Shown: positions 11,046 to 22,502 of the stretch, piece after piece
Position numbering within the stretch: the stretch's first letter is position 1
How the letters are laid out: each line of letters starts with the position of its first letter
Assembly (NCBI GenBank): GCA_024346625.1
Contig: AP024664.1
Coordinates: forward strand, 3,968,001-4,032,000
Direction of reading: 5' to 3'
Source: Williopsis jadinii
Lineage: Eukaryota
Length of the DNA: 64,000 nt
Made by a program: the position numbers and the translations under genes
Notes under the pieces: model-generated
Told to the model about the DNA's origin: nothing
The model's input: the letters and a program-made list of their open reading frames with translations, nothing else
Databases searched by the model: none

Positions 11046-12291
11046 TTAATCTTTCTTCTTCATTTGAGATTTTCTAACAATCTTGATATGGTTGTTTTGT
11101 CTTTGCTTTTGAGCGAGCTCCTTTTGCTCATCCTCCCTTGCCTTTGACTCTGCTCTCTTCTCTGCTTGCTCTCTTGCTCTTTCCATGTTCTTTCTGAAGG
11201 CATCCATAATACCCTCTTGTGGTTTGCTTGGATCTACTGGAGGTGGTGGAACAATTTCTGAAAGTCCCAGTGCCTTTCTGAACGACTTTTGCTTCAGAAC
11301 AAAACTCTGCAACACAGAGAACAAACCGTTGACGAAGAAGTAGAGGACAACGCCTGAGGAGAATGACATCGTAGCCGGGATGGAGATGAGTGGTAAGATT
11401 GTGAACACCTTCATCATGGCTGGAGAGAAGTTCTGAGCACCAGTCTCACCACCGAGTCTCATGAACCCCATAATCACCGCAGCAGATAAACATTGCAATC
11501 CGAGGTAAGGGTCAGTTGCAGTCAAATCTTGGAACCAAAGGATACCTTGGTTTTGGAAACCATCAACCGGGATGTTTGCCATTGAACGTAAGCCGGAAAA
11601 GAACCCAATGGCCAATGGAATCTGAAGCATTGGGGCCATGAGGTAACGGTTCTTGATACCATTGGCAGCAAGCAACTTCTTACGTTTAAGCATGATGGTC
11701 TGGGTCTCAGACATCTCCACGGAAGCCATCATCTTGGCCTGTAGTTCGTCCAGCTCAGGCTTGATCTTTGCATTCTTAGCCATCATGTCAGAGGACTTCA
11801 CGTAGAGTGGGAACAAGGCAAAACGAACACCGAGCGTAACAACGGTGATTGTAGCCCACCATGGCAATCCAGTGGACACGTGCACAATCTCCATCAGGTG
11901 TTGAATCAAATCTGGAGGCCACCACCAAGATTTGGCAAGTCCAACAGATTGTAAGTACCCCCACTGCATTGATGCCTCGCCAATGGCTTGCGAGGCCTGT
12001 GACACAGAATCAGTAACGGAGTCAAACGACGGCAGCTGCTTTTGAATCTCAGAGGCAACCTCGGCAGCACTGCTGGAGGAGTTGAATCTAACGTTGGAGT
12101 GGCTAAACTGGGCCCGTGGTGCGATGAAGCCAGAGGCCATTCCAACAGGAGCCAAACGAATCTTGCAAAGGGAAGAGTTAGTAACAATCGCCTCTTGTAA
12201 GCACCACAACAAGCCGTTGCGGTTAAAAGTCCCTGGAGAACGTCATCCATACCGTTCTAACTGAGCGAATCAAAGAGGTTCTAATCATCAT
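11046..12291 (-). CDS. OXA1: Mitochondrial inner-membrane insertase Oxa1 (2 exons)
   Basis: YidC/Oxa1 motifs (GLPWWATI, QIPLAIGFFSGLRSM, LWFQDLTATDPY). Exon1 12291-12253 (MMIRTSLIRSVRT); intron 12252-12162 (GTATGG...TACTAAC...AAG); exon2 12161-11046 in frame. Confidence 0.9.
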
Positions 12292-12639
12292 TGGCGTCTT
12301 TAATCGTCACGACTTCCCTCCTCTTGTCGTACTCAATGGCCGATTTGTTCATCCGTAAATGTGGAAAGTTTTCCGGTGAAAAATTCGGCTAGTGATTATG
12401 TAAGCACGAGACTAGCCCTTCTCGAGGGACTAGACATTTTCGAGAAGAGACATTCGAGACTTTTCCAGTGCGGACAAAACCAGAGACAAAGCCAGAGACA
12501 AAGTCATCGACAACGCCATAGACGAGGACAGACGGCGAGACTCAGTGCTTGGACCAGGTGACGTGTTGTTCCGTGTTGTTCCGTGTGCTTGGACTCTTGC
12601 TCGTGTGTGTGTGTTACTTGCTCGCTGAACTTGCCTAAT

Positions 12640-14085
12640 ATGTTACGTTTCTGCTCCAAGAGATGGTACACGACAGTATCGTCCGATGAGGTATCAACTC
12701 TTCTAAGGAACCTCTCAAACAAGCCGACAATGGAGACTGCCAGGAGATTTGAGTCTCTGGTTGAGCAATTGGATGATGTCTCTGAGAGATCAAGGCTCTG
12801 TGATCAGGTGCTGGGTAAGCTGCGACCAACTACAAAGGATTCAATGCTCATCACAACATTGAACCACTTGCGAGTGGAGGACACGAGTCTGGCGAGCGTT
12901 TTGAATCTACTGCACATAATGACTACACTGGGCCAATCCAACGTGAAGAACTTGAAGGAGGCTAAGTATATCACTCAGTTTCTGTCAAAGTACTGTGATT
13001 CCAATATCAATTTGGTTCGTACATTGGAGAGACTTGTTGATGAATCGCTAACACCTTTGAGTGCGAATACCTTGATAATAATGTATATAAGGACAGGCGA
13101 TCTGTCAAAGGCATTGAGGTTCCTGCTGAGGATATCACAGCAGAACCTAAGGATACGAGACTCGACTGTGGAGATGTTGATGATGCACTGTTCCTATAAG
13201 GGTGATTTCCACTCTGTTCGTATCGTTAAAGAGATTGCTGACTTCTTCAACTACGAAATCTATCCACGGACTTGGTCAGTGGTGTACTCCTGTGCCATCG
13301 AGCAAGGTGAGATAGCGTATTGTCGAGAACGGCTAGGCCATATGCTGTGCTATACTTTCATAGAGAATGGAACCATAGTGGCTTTAGCTGAGCTTCTGGA
13401 ACGCCATGCTTCAATAGGCGAAATGGGTTCCATACTGAAAACAGCAAGAAGGAAATCTTCGCTGACACCCGAACTTCATGGAAGATTAAGAAGAACGATG
13501 GTTGAATCGTTTGCCCTGAGAGATGGATTCAGAAATAGCTGGAAGTTCCTATCTCAGAGTCACGAAAAGGGTATGTTGGAAGTCATAGACTATCCAAACC
13601 TTTTGAACAAATTTCAACTGACTTTGAGAGAAGGCCAAGCTGATGCTCTGTTGATAAAGATGCAGTCAAATGACCCCGTGGAGGTGAAATGCTTCTATCT
13701 TTCATTGGCAATTGCAAAGAGCGTTGAAGTCGATAGATTGGAAAATATCATAACAATCTTGATAACCAACCCAAGGCTCAAGAGACACCTGAACGAAGAA
13801 TCAATATGGCAGCTGATATGTGGATTAAAGAGATCTGGTGATAATCATCAACTGGATATGGTGTTGACTTTATTGCTATCTTCACACTTAAAACTTTGGA
13901 AGCCGAAAACTGTGAATCAATTGCTCAAACTGGTATTAGAATCACAGTATTGGTTCAAAGCCTTTGAAGTGATAAAGATAATACGAATTCCAAATTACAA
14001 ATTTGATGAACAGGTTGCTTCAAAGATCAAGTCACTCTGTCTCGATAACAACTTGGACCTCAAGACGATTGAGATGTACATGTAA
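12640..14085 (+). CDS. Mitochondrial helical-repeat protein, probable Pet122 (COX3 translational activator) homologue
   Basis: Presequence-like MLRFCSKRWY and divergent from OXA1 like PET122. The segment LRRTMVESFA...WKF...DYP resembles Pet122 LRRIKVEAFA...WKVF...DFP as recalled. Confidence 0.6.
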   Translation: MLRFCSKRWYTTVSSDEVSTLLRNLSNKPTMETARRFESLVEQLDDVSERSRLCDQVLGKLRPTTKDSMLITTLNHLRVEDTSLASVLNLLHIMTTLGQSNVKNLKEAKYITQFLSKYCDSNINLVRTLERLVDESLTPLSANTLIIMYIRTGDLSKALRFLLRISQQNLRIRDSTVEMLMMHCSYKGDFHSVRIVKEIADFFNYEIYPRTWSVVYSCAIEQGEIAYCRERLGHMLCYTFIENGTIVALAELLERHASIGEMGSILKTARRKSSLTPELHGRLRRTMVESFALRDGFRNSWKFLSQSHEKGMLEVIDYPNLLNKFQLTLREGQADALLIKMQSNDPVEVKCFYLSLAIAKSVEVDRLENIITILITNPRLKRHLNEESIWQLICGLKRSGDNHQLDMVLTLLLSSHLKLWKPKTVNQLLKLVLESQYWFKAFEVIKIIRIPNYKFDEQVASKIKSLCLDNNLDLKTIEMYM

Positions 14086-14154
14086 ATAGTTTTATTCATC
14101 GTAAGTACTATACTCTGGAACTAACCACCTCTGCTTGCCTGTATTTAGAACCAT

Positions 14155-15831
14155 CTAATACTTTTCATAACCAACGCTTTCTAATCTTTCAGCCTTGGTC
14201 AAAACCTCCTCCTCTTGTTCGAGTAAGAAGCTTTGCATCTCAGTCAGGTACTTTGGCTCACTTGTTCCCAGGATTCTAATTGCCAACAGAGCAGCGTTCG
14301 TGGCGTTGTTGATGGCAACAGTGGCTACTGGAATGCCTCTAGGCATTTGGACGATGGAGTGAAGCGAATCAACACCATCCAAAGTCGAGCCTTTAACTGG
14401 GACACCAATCACAGGTAGAGGCGTCATAGCAGCAACCATGCCTGGCAAGTGAGCAGCACCACCAGCACCTGCGATGATTGTCTTGATGCCACGTTGGTGG
14501 GCTTCAACAGCGTATTTGCTCATTCTGTGAGGAGTTCTATGTGCTGACACAATGGTGACTTCGAATGGAACGTTGAACTTCTTCAAGATGTCGGCACCTT
14601 TAGCCATCACTGGCAGATCCGAGTCTGATCCCATTATTATACCAACAACCGGCTTCACCTTTCCAGACCCTTGTTCAACTTCAAGTGTATCAGTTTCGCC
14701 CATGATGTACGCAAGACGACGTTCAGCCTCCGCCATTGAAGAGGCCACAACGTTAATATGACCCATCTTTCTGGCAAATCTCGTACTCTTTCCGTACAGA
14801 TATACAGAGGCACCTGGTGTTTCTAGTGCACGTCTACATGTCTCCAATTCGCCGTTTGGCTCCTTCGTTCCCAACACGTTGAGCATAATGGCGTTGGTGT
14901 TCGAGGTGGTCAAAGAGGTAAAGCCCTTTGGCAGAGGCAAGCCTGCAACAGCTCTGATGTGTGCCTCGAATTGTGATGTGACACAGGCATCAATGGTGTA
15001 ATGGCCAGAGTTATGTGGTCTAGGAGCAATCTCGTTGATGAGGAGCTCACCACTGGCAAGGAGAAACATTTCAACACCAAAGATACCGGCACCTGGGAAC
15101 GACTTCACAGCGTTCTGAGCCAGCAGCTGGGCCTTGTATTGGATAGAGTCGGCAACACGAGCTGGAGCATACACCAAATGGCAGATGTTGTTCTCATGAA
15201 TGGTCTCCACTGTTGGATAGGCAAACACCTCACCTTCGATGGAACGCACAACCATCACCGCAAGCTCCTTGACAAAAGGAGCCCACTTCTCAGCGTACAA
15301 CGGACGGTCGTGAAGAACCTTGAGGGCTTCAGAGATGTCATCGACACTCTTCACAACAAAGTTACCACGGCCATCGTACGCCAAAGTTCTCGATTTCAGC
15401 ATGAATGGGTAGCCAAATTTGTCGCCAACGGCCTCCAGCGCCTCTGGAGTACTCTCCACGGCAACAGACTCAGCCACCTCGATCCCATGCTTGATCAAAT
15501 GCTCCTTCTGAACATACTTATCCTGGATTAGCTTGATAGTCTCAGGCAATGGATAGCACTTGACATGTGTGGTTTCCACGGTCTTGGCCAGGGCATCAGC
15601 ATCAACGTGCTCAATCTCAACAGTGAGCACGTCACTCTTAGCAGCCAACTGAGCAATGGCAGAGGCATCGCTGAAGGATCCATCAACGTGGTCGTCAAGT
15701 GCGTTGATCTGCTTAGCTGGAGCTCCAGGAGCATCGAGCACAACGGTCTTCACATTCAATCTATGGGCTGCTTCGACGAGCATACGGCCAAGCTGGCCAC
15801 CTCCAAGAATTCCAACAACCTTTGAGTCCAT
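14155..15831 (-). CDS. ADE2: Phosphoribosylaminoimidazole carboxylase (PurK-PurE fusion)
   Basis: [40 protein letters not shown] and [14 protein letters not shown] motifs. Confidence 0.98.
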   Translation of the reverse strand: MDSKVVGILGGGQLGRMLVEAAHRLNVKTVVLDAPGAPAKQINALDDHVDGSFSDASAIAQLAAKSDVLTVEIEHVDADALAKTVETTHVKCYPLPETIKLIQDKYVQKEHLIKHGIEVAESVAVESTPEALEAVGDKFGYPFMLKSRTLAYDGRGNFVVKSVDDISEALKVLHDRPLYAEKWAPFVKELAVMVVRSIEGEVFAYPTVETIHENNICHLVYAPARVADSIQYKAQLLAQNAVKSFPGAGIFGVEMFLLASGELLINEIAPRPHNSGHYTIDACVTSQFEAHIRAVAGLPLPKGFTSLTTSNTNAIMLNVLGTKEPNGELETCRRALETPGASVYLYGKSTRFARKMGHINVVASSMAEAERRLAYIMGETDTLEVEQGSGKVKPVVGIIMGSDSDLPVMAKGADILKKFNVPFEVTIVSAHRTPHRMSKYAVEAHQRGIKTIIAGAGGAAHLPGMVAAMTPLPVIGVPVKGSTLDGVDSLHSIVQMPRGIPVATVAINNATNAALLAIRILGTSEPKYLTEMQSFLLEQEEEVLTKAERLESVGYEKY

Positions 15832-15979
15832 TTCTATGTGTTACTGTGGTATCGATCTACCGACTTGTGAGTATTGTTGGCGAGAAATGGGAGGAATTGG
15901 AGATAAATGTGAAGGGAGATGAGCATCAAATTTACAGCAAATTTCCCCTTCGTTGTGCGGTTGCCCGGTAACGTGGCCC

Positions 15980-16034
15980 GAGTCAGGAAATTTTGAATTG
16001 TATCACGTGACGTGCTTATGTAATACCTGAGTCA
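15980..16034. promoter_or_regulatory. Bas1/Gcn4-type TGACTC sites plus Cbf1/bHLH TCACGTGA in the ADE2-KIN3 divergent promoter
   Basis: GAGTCA 15980-15985, TCACGTGA 16003-16010, TGAGTCA 16028-16034. Confidence 0.7.
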
Positions 16035-16243
16035 GCCATGAGTCTCGATTGTGATTACATAAGTGCTTAGTAAGCAGAAAACTTCCCACTTTAAGCCTTC
16101 CGGGCATGTTCCCGAAAAGGGAAAAGGTAAACAAAGCATACGCTACCAATTCCATCACAGCTCGCCCTGGTGTTCTCTCTTCTTCCATCATCAGTGGCTC
16201 TGCCCTGTGCCAACAGGTCTCAAGGACATTCGATGTTAGGCCA

Positions 16244-17632
16244 ATGAGCTCAGAGGACGGGTATGAGGTACTGGAACTCATAGGACGCGGGTCCTTTGGC
16301 TGTGTACGGAAAGTGCGTAGAATAAGAGATGGTCGGATGCTTGTGAGAAAGGAGATACCATATGGGCACATGAACCCCAAGGAGAGATCACAGTTGGTGG
16401 CAGAGTTCAGGATCCTGAGTGAGCTGAACCACCCAAACATCGTCCAGTATGTGCAACATGCGCACATTCCAGAACGCCACATGCTTTACCTGTACATGGA
16501 GTATTGTGATGGTGGAGACCTGTCCCGGATCATCAAGTCTTACAGAGCTTCGAATGAGTACCTTCCAGAGAGTGTGATTTGGAACATTTTCACGCAGATC
16601 TTGATGGCCCTGTATAGATGTCACTACGGCACCAACTCCCCGCTGATCACCAATATCTACCGGGACCTCGAGTATCCCCAGATTACAGATAATACGCGGG
16701 TGATTATACACAGAGATATTAAGCCGGATAACATCTTCCTTGCGAACGGTAACTTCAAGCTGGGTGACTTTGGACTGGCAAAGTCTCTGAACAACGAGGT
16801 TGAATTTGCTACTACCTGTGTTGGAACACCGTATTATATGTCGCCAGAAGTGCTTCTCGATAAGCCATATGACCCACTGTGCGATATATGGTCATTAGGC
16901 TGTGTCGTTTATGAACTGTGTTCCTTACACCCTCCATTCCAGGCAAAGACGCATCTACAGCTGCAGAAGAACATCCAGAGTGGGATCTATCCTACGATCC
17001 CGTCTCATTACTCTTCTTCGTTGAAGAATGCCATACACTGTTGCATTCAGGTGGATCTTAACAGAAGAAGCGGCACCTATGACCTGCTACAGGACATCCA
17101 CTTCAAGATCCAAATGAAGGACCTGCAACTGGCAAACTATGAGCTCAACTTGAAGGAATTTGAACGGGAATTGATGAGTAAGGAACAAGAACTGATACGT
17201 GCAAGGAAATCTCTCAACAACGAGCTAAATTACCAAAGAGAGCTTTTAGAACAAGAAGTTGAAGAGATTCGTATTAACTACCAGAATGAGTTCAACTATG
17301 TTGTGGAGAAGGAGGTCAGATCTCGGCTGAAACAGATCCAGTCTGGCCAATCGACTCCAAAGATGAAAGAGCTACCAAGCCCAGTCAAAGGGAAAGAACA
17401 TGATTCGTATAGATCTTCCATTGAGCGTCGTCCTTTACAATTGATCAACGATGATGTTGTCAGCAAAAAGTATACAAAGGTATCTCCAAATGATACGTAT
17501 TCTGTTCCAAAGCCTAACGCATTACTCACAAAGAATGCAAAGCTCTTTGAAAAGGCTCAAGTGCTACAGGACGACTCATCCGTGCTACCTTCGCCATTCC
17601 TTAGAAGGTTCAACAATAACCAACGCTGGTGA
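16244..17632 (+). CDS. KIN3: NIMA-related Ser/Thr kinase Kin3
   Basis: IGRGSFG, HRDIKPDNIF, KLGDFGLAK and VGTPYYMSPE motifs with a C-terminal coiled coil; next to ADE1. An in-frame upstream ATG at 16106 is also possible. Confidence 0.88.
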   Translation: MSSEDGYEVLELIGRGSFGCVRKVRRIRDGRMLVRKEIPYGHMNPKERSQLVAEFRILSELNHPNIVQYVQHAHIPERHMLYLYMEYCDGGDLSRIIKSYRASNEYLPESVIWNIFTQILMALYRCHYGTNSPLITNIYRDLEYPQITDNTRVIIHRDIKPDNIFLANGNFKLGDFGLAKSLNNEVEFATTCVGTPYYMSPEVLLDKPYDPLCDIWSLGCVVYELCSLHPPFQAKTHLQLQKNIQSGIYPTIPSHYSSSLKNAIHCCIQVDLNRRSGTYDLLQDIHFKIQMKDLQLANYELNLKEFERELMSKEQELIRARKSLNNELNYQRELLEQEVEEIRINYQNEFNYVVEKEVRSRLKQIQSGQSTPKMKELPSPVKGKEHDSYRSSIERRPLQLINDDVVSKKYTKVSPNDTYSVPKPNALLTKNAKLFEKAQVLQDDSSVLPSPFLRRFNNNQRW

Positions 17633-17760
17633 GTGTTTCGGTCATTGGAACCATTTATATAACGACCCTTTATGCATATATATTTATCATTATAACGTGT
17701 ATTATCGTCAAACTAGGACCATAAACAGGAAGGGAGGAAAGACAAGTGCGTGTGAGAAAT

Positions 17761-18666
17761 TTACTCCCATTTCTTACCTGTCAGTGCTTCATAGGCCTCA
17801 ACGTACTTGGCTCTAGATCTAGTGGCAATGTCCTCGGTCATACTGACACCTTCTTTACCAGCGAGGCCGTTGGAAGTGAGCCAATCTCTCAAGAATTGCT
17901 TATCATAGGAGTCTTGGCCCTTACCGACTTCATATGTCTTTGCATTCCAGAATCTAGAAGAGTCTGGTGTCAACACTTCATCTACAAGCACAAGCTCGTT
18001 GTCATCATCGAGCCCGAATTCAAACTTGGTATCGGCAATGATGATACCTCTGCCTGCAGCGTACTCTTTAGCCTTGGAGTACAACTCAACGGCAACTTTA
18101 CCAATCTTGTCGGCCAATTCCTTACCGACAATGGCCTCGGCTTGCTCCACAGAGATGTTTTCGTCGTGCTCGCCCTGTTCAGCCTTCGTCGAAGGTGTGA
18201 ATATTGGAGTTGGGAACTCTTGGGATTCCTGAAGACCCTCGGCAGCCTTGACACCATGAACAGTACCGGACTTCTTGTACTCCTTCCAGGCAGAACCCGT
18301 GATGTAGCCCCTGACGATGACCTCCAGCGGAACCAGCTTGTACTTTCTCACCAACAGCGAACGCCCTTGTAGCTGTGACTTGTACTTGTCCTCGCTGAGC
18401 TCCTTAGGCAGATGGGCAAAAATGTCATCCACCTCTATAAGGTGTGTCTTGATGTACGGCTTAAGGAACTCAAACCAGAACTCGGACAACTGCGTCAATA
18501 GCTGACCCTTCTGTGGGATACCGTTCTCCATAATCACATCATAGGCAGAGATTCTGTCCGTTGCAACAAAGAGCAAGGTCTTCTCGTCCACTTCGTAGAT
18601 GTCACGCACTTTACCACGCGCAACAAGTGGCAGGATGTTATCCAGGTTGGTTTGTGTGATTGACAT
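17761..18666 (-). CDS. ADE1: SAICAR synthetase
   Basis: RGKVRDIY, TDRISAYD, ADTKFEFG, DEVLTPDSSRFW and YDKQFLRDWL motifs. Confidence 0.98.
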   Translation of the reverse strand: MSITQTNLDNILPLVARGKVRDIYEVDEKTLLFVATDRISAYDVIMENGIPQKGQLLTQLSEFWFEFLKPYIKTHLIEVDDIFAHLPKELSEDKYKSQLQGRSLLVRKYKLVPLEVIVRGYITGSAWKEYKKSGTVHGVKAAEGLQESQEFPTPIFTPSTKAEQGEHDENISVEQAEAIVGKELADKIGKVAVELYSKAKEYAAGRGIIIADTKFEFGLDDDNELVLVDEVLTPDSSRFWNAKTYEVGKGQDSYDKQFLRDWLTSNGLAGKEGVSMTEDIATRSRAKYVEAYEALTGKKWE

Positions 18667-19593
18667 CGCAGTGGTGTGTACAAATGTTCGTGTGGATGTG
18701 AGTCGAAATTGTAGAAGAGAAGAAGAACAACAAAGGGGGTATCAATTTTTTTTGGCTGATGAGATGAGATTTGATGAGGTTAATTTCCCCTGTTCTTTTG
18801 ACTCGAGAAACATTCTTTCTGGAAGGGAGCAGACAAGGGTCGAACATGGAACCGGTCCGTCCCCCTGTGCGTCCATCTCGAGTGTTTTCCACTGCGCTAA
18901 AAACCAGCCCAGTACCACGTCGCGAATATTACCGCATTCGCCCATCTACACCCACTCGTGCATCATCTCGCAGACGTCAGCAAGAGGCTTTAGGAGCCAT
19001 ATGGCTCATTTCGTCTCATCGGTTTGGCTCATCATGCTTCGACTACCTGCACCGTTGCTGCCATGCTTATCTGTGCCATCAAGTCACTACCAATCACAAT
19101 GAGCTAGATGGAATTACCTCCGTGTGTAGGCTAAACACTGGTGGATTAGGAGGGAAAGAGGCTGGCTTCCTCCCCCTCTCTGTCTCTCCGTGCAACAGTG
19201 GAGTCAAGCACTCAACCGATGTGCTTCCAGTGCTGTGTAGGATAAGTGCCTGTACATCGAGGTGCTTGCTGGTGTTGCTGATGCCAAAATTAGAAGGCTG
19301 GAGGTTTACGGGGACAGGCATGACCACCGTGGAGTTTGCTCTGTGACTGCTGTGTTGATGAGGATCCGCGAGAATGGACGTTTCACTCATGTCACGTCAG
19401 TGGAACCAGCAGAGCTTTTACTGTTCGAGGCTAAGTAGATGTTGCCACTTGGAAGATGGGCCGCTGTCATCACTCTGTAGAGACCACTACGTGTAAAAGT
19501 GTTCAAAAAGGAGTAAAATTGAGAGTCAATTATAAAGAAAAGGGGGCCATTTGATATTTATAATGTGAGCTCATTTAGAAAGAATACGTAAGC

Positions 19594-20385
19594 TTACAGC
19601 AAAGCAGCGATGAAAACACCTGCAAGACCGGCACCGAGCGCAGCAGCACCGTTGCCGGTGTAGGTTTCGACAGAGGCAATGCTGGTGGTGGAGACTTGGG
19701 CCTTCGTGGTGACAGTTGTGCCTGGAGCCTCGGTCTCTGGAGCCTTCGTGGTGACAGTTGTGCCTGGAGCCTCGGTCTCTGGAGCCTTCGTGGTGACAGT
19801 TGTGCCTGGAGCCTCGGTCTCTGGAGCCTTCGTGGTGCCTGGAGCTTCACCAGACTTTGCAGTGCACTGTGGTGGAGTCTTCTTACCAGAAGCAGTGGTC
19901 TCACCTGGAGCGACGGTCTTGGTGGTCTTGGTGGTCTCACCTTCTGGGGCCTTGGTGGTGGTGGTAGCAGTGGTGGTGGTACCTGGGGCCTCGCCAGACT
20001 TTGCAGTACACTGTGGTGGAGTCTTCTTACCAGACTCAGTAGAGGTGGCAGTCTCAGTCTCACCAGAAGATGGAGCAGCAGTGCCCTTTGGCGTACACAC
20101 TGGTGGACTGGCCTTGGTAGAGGCAGTGTTGGTTGGAACGGTGCAGTCATCAGAACAGGTTTGGGTGGTCTTGATGGTACATGGGCAGTCTGTGATGGTC
20201 AAGGTGGTTGGCTCTGTGACGGTGATGGTTTGAGAGTTCGTGATGAAGGTGGTTGGCTCTGGACAGTAGGTGGTGAACTCCGTGACGACAACGTCGTGAG
20301 TCACAGTAGTGATCTCAGTTGTGTTCTCGTAAGCAGCTGCTGCATACGCAACAAGAGAAGCAGCGACAATGGACTTTGAAAGCAT
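19594..20385 (-). CDS. GPI-anchored cell-wall mannoprotein, Sed1/Spi1-like
   Basis: Signal peptide, TEFTTYCPEPTT...TITDCPCT motif, Thr/Pro-rich repeats and a hydrophobic GPI signal at the C-terminus. Confidence 0.85.
   Translation of the reverse strand: MLSKSIVAASLVAYAAAAYENTTEITTVTHDVVVTEFTTYCPEPTTFITNSQTITVTEPTTLTITDCPCTIKTTQTCSDDCTVPTNTASTKASPPVCTPKGTAAPSSGETETATSTESGKKTPPQCTAKSGEAPGTTTTATTTTKAPEGETTKTTKTVAPGETTASGKKTPPQCTAKSGEAPGTTKAPETEAPGTTVTTKAPETEAPGTTVTTKAPETEAPGTTVTTKAQVSTTSIASVETYTGNGAAALGAGLAGVFIAALL
19700..19835. repeat. 42-bp coding minisatellite, 3 perfect copies plus a partial (APETEAPGTTVTTK)
   Basis: Unit gccttcgtggtgacagttgtgcctggagcctcggtctctgga starts at 19700, 19742 and 19784. 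Confidence 0.92.
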
Positions 20386-20915
20386 TTCTTGAACGATGAT
20401 TATATAACGAGTGAATTACAACAGCAGGACTTGAACGAAGGATTGGACATCGCAGTGACGATACTTCGAGGTGTTTATATAGTGAACTCACATCCTCATC
20501 TCTCCCGAGCAGAGCCAAAGATCACCATTCACACATGCATGTATGATGTATTGAAGGAAAATCGCTAAATATAGGCAGCTTCCACTCTCGTCAAAGGCAC
20601 TCTCACCACGCAAACGGTAACCTCCACCCACTCCTCAGTCCGTCCAGTTGCAAAAATAGATGTCATGAGGCATCTCTACGCACTTGGGGTTAAATATTAA
20701 CGCAGAGCTTTGTTTTGAATATGTACATCGGTTCAAGCTTAAATGGGAAAGGCAGTAACAACGAAAAATATCTCTTGAGCAACACTGGAGTGTTGCTGAT
20801 GGACATGGTGGGTAGACACCCCGATTAGGCATTAGCGTGTTCGTTCTAGTGGGTCTGCATTCAACTCTCAGTCATGTTCTTTCCTGTTTTGGTTGGCTTT
20901 GTCTGTCATCCAGTA

Positions 20916-22502
20916 TCAATTGGCCTTTGCTCTTGCTTCCGCTGCTGCTCTCTTGGCCATCACTGAACCGACGTGCTTGAGTACAAACGGATTGATCACA
21001 GTGTTCAGCACGATCCATACCACCAAGATACCGTAGTTTCGCCCCAGATTGCCCTTCCAAAGGTCTAGGAAGATCACCTTGAAGATCTCGTTGGCCTGGT
21101 GCATCGGCATGGCGTATCCATACCTGTAAAAGTTATTTGTCAGTGCCATAGCTGAGAAACTCGGTGAAACGTTCATGATGACGAACGAAATCAGCCAGAC
21201 ACCCAAGAACGGTGGGTTGTGGGCAAATATCACCATGCACACGTTATCGTTGGCACCACCAACTGCTGCCATTGTGAGGTATGTTGAGAACCAAAAGATG
21301 ACAAACCCTGCTCTTCCAAAAGCCAGGGTGAAATCGATCTGGAATATAGCACTCACTGTGCAGATGAATAACGATAGCACTAGATAGGATATGTGGTTAC
21401 CAAGAAACCTGTACAGCATATAATGTGGGATCTTGACGTGAGGCAAGAGTATCGTGTGCACCTGGCCAAAGAAGTTGAAGAGAATGAAAGAGCTGATGAG
21501 AAGGAAAATGAGACCAACCTGTAACGGAGCTAAAAGAATGGAGTTGTAGAAAGGACGGTAATCCAATTCGCCAAAGTATGGGTTAACACTCACTGTACTG
21601 GCACTCATAAACGTCAAGAGTTGTTCGCTCGACAGCATGCTGAGCAACTCCGATAGAAGCGTTGGGAATACAGTGCTTTCGAATAACTGTGTGAGTTCCT
21701 CAATTACTGCAAGAATGGTTGACATACCAGTGGGGTCTCTGCCACTCTCATAGACATATTGCACTTGCATAGGCTTTGTAGCCAGCTCGCCCTTGTAGTA
21801 GTTGAGAAGCCCTAGAGTGGCATTCGCAGACACATGAGTAGCAGTCCAATATTCACGATGGTGCACTCTTTCTATGATTTCAGCAGTCAAGTTGGTATAA
21901 GGCCCAAAGAACTCATCAATCTCTTGAGTTCCGTTGAGAATCGTCCAATCACCCTTATGTTTGAGCGATGTATTGATGATGTCCATGTATGCCTCTCCGA
22001 TGGTTTGGTTCACGCCTGTCATGTAGTCATCCTCGATCACCACGAGCATCTTCACCTTCACCAGGTGCGACTGTCTGTTGTACAAGGACCCCCAGTAAAG
22101 CGAGAAGCTGGCAATGATCAGGCATCCAATGATAAACCACACCAAGATGAACTTCACAGCCACTTTGATTCGAAGCTGCTTCACTGACGGATCAAACATG
22201 CTGACTCTCTGTGCAGGGGCACCACGGTGCCCCTCTCCAGTAGCAACAGGAGCTCCATCTCCAGCATTACCAGTGCTAGGCGTTGCACCAGTAGTCTTCT
22301 CATTGCTCGTACTGTCGCTGCTCTCAGCACCAGACTCCTCGTCATTCCTCGTCTCTGTGTAGCTCTTGGTCAGCTCATCAATGCCAATGATGGAGCGTGC
22401 AATGTCAGTGCCCGTGATGTAACGGCTCAGCTCGTTCGGCTGCTCACTTCCAACACGTTCAGTGCCATCCACAACACCAGATGGCTGTGCTTGGTCGGAC
22501 AT
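20916..22502 (-). CDS. Sng1-like multi-pass membrane protein (DUF3533)
   Basis: SLYWGSLYNR, YESGRDPT and FYRYGYAMPMH motifs; one N-terminal and several C-terminal TM helices. Confidence 0.8.
   Translation of the reverse strand: MSDQAQPSGVVDGTERVGSEQPNELSRYITGTDIARSIIGIDELTKSYTETRNDEESGAESSDSTSNEKTTGATPSTGNAGDGAPVATGEGHRGAPAQRVSMFDPSVKQLRIKVAVKFILVWFIIGCLIIASFSLYWGSLYNRQSHLVKVKMLVVIEDDYMTGVNQTIGEAYMDIINTSLKHKGDWTILNGTQEIDEFFGPYTNLTAEIIERVHHREYWTATHVSANATLGLLNYYKGELATKPMQVQYVYESGRDPTGMSTILAVIEELTQLFESTVFPTLLSELLSMLSSEQLLTFMSASTVSVNPYFGELDYRPFYNSILLAPLQVGLIFLLISSFILFNFFGQVHTILLPHVKIPHYMLYRFLGNHISYLVLSLFICTVSAIFQIDFTLAFGRAGFVIFWFSTYLTMAAVGGANDNVCMVIFAHNPPFLGVWLISFVIMNVSPSFSAMALTNNFYRYGYAMPMHQANEIFKVIFLDLWKGNLGRNYGILVVWIVLNTVINPFVLKHVGSVMAKRAAAEARAKAN

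Noticed and set aside
18771..19440. Possible small gene between ADE1 and the Sed1-like gene (SHU2 neighbours SED1 in S. cerevisiae)
   Set aside because: No SWIM-type motif, convincing start or branch point found.
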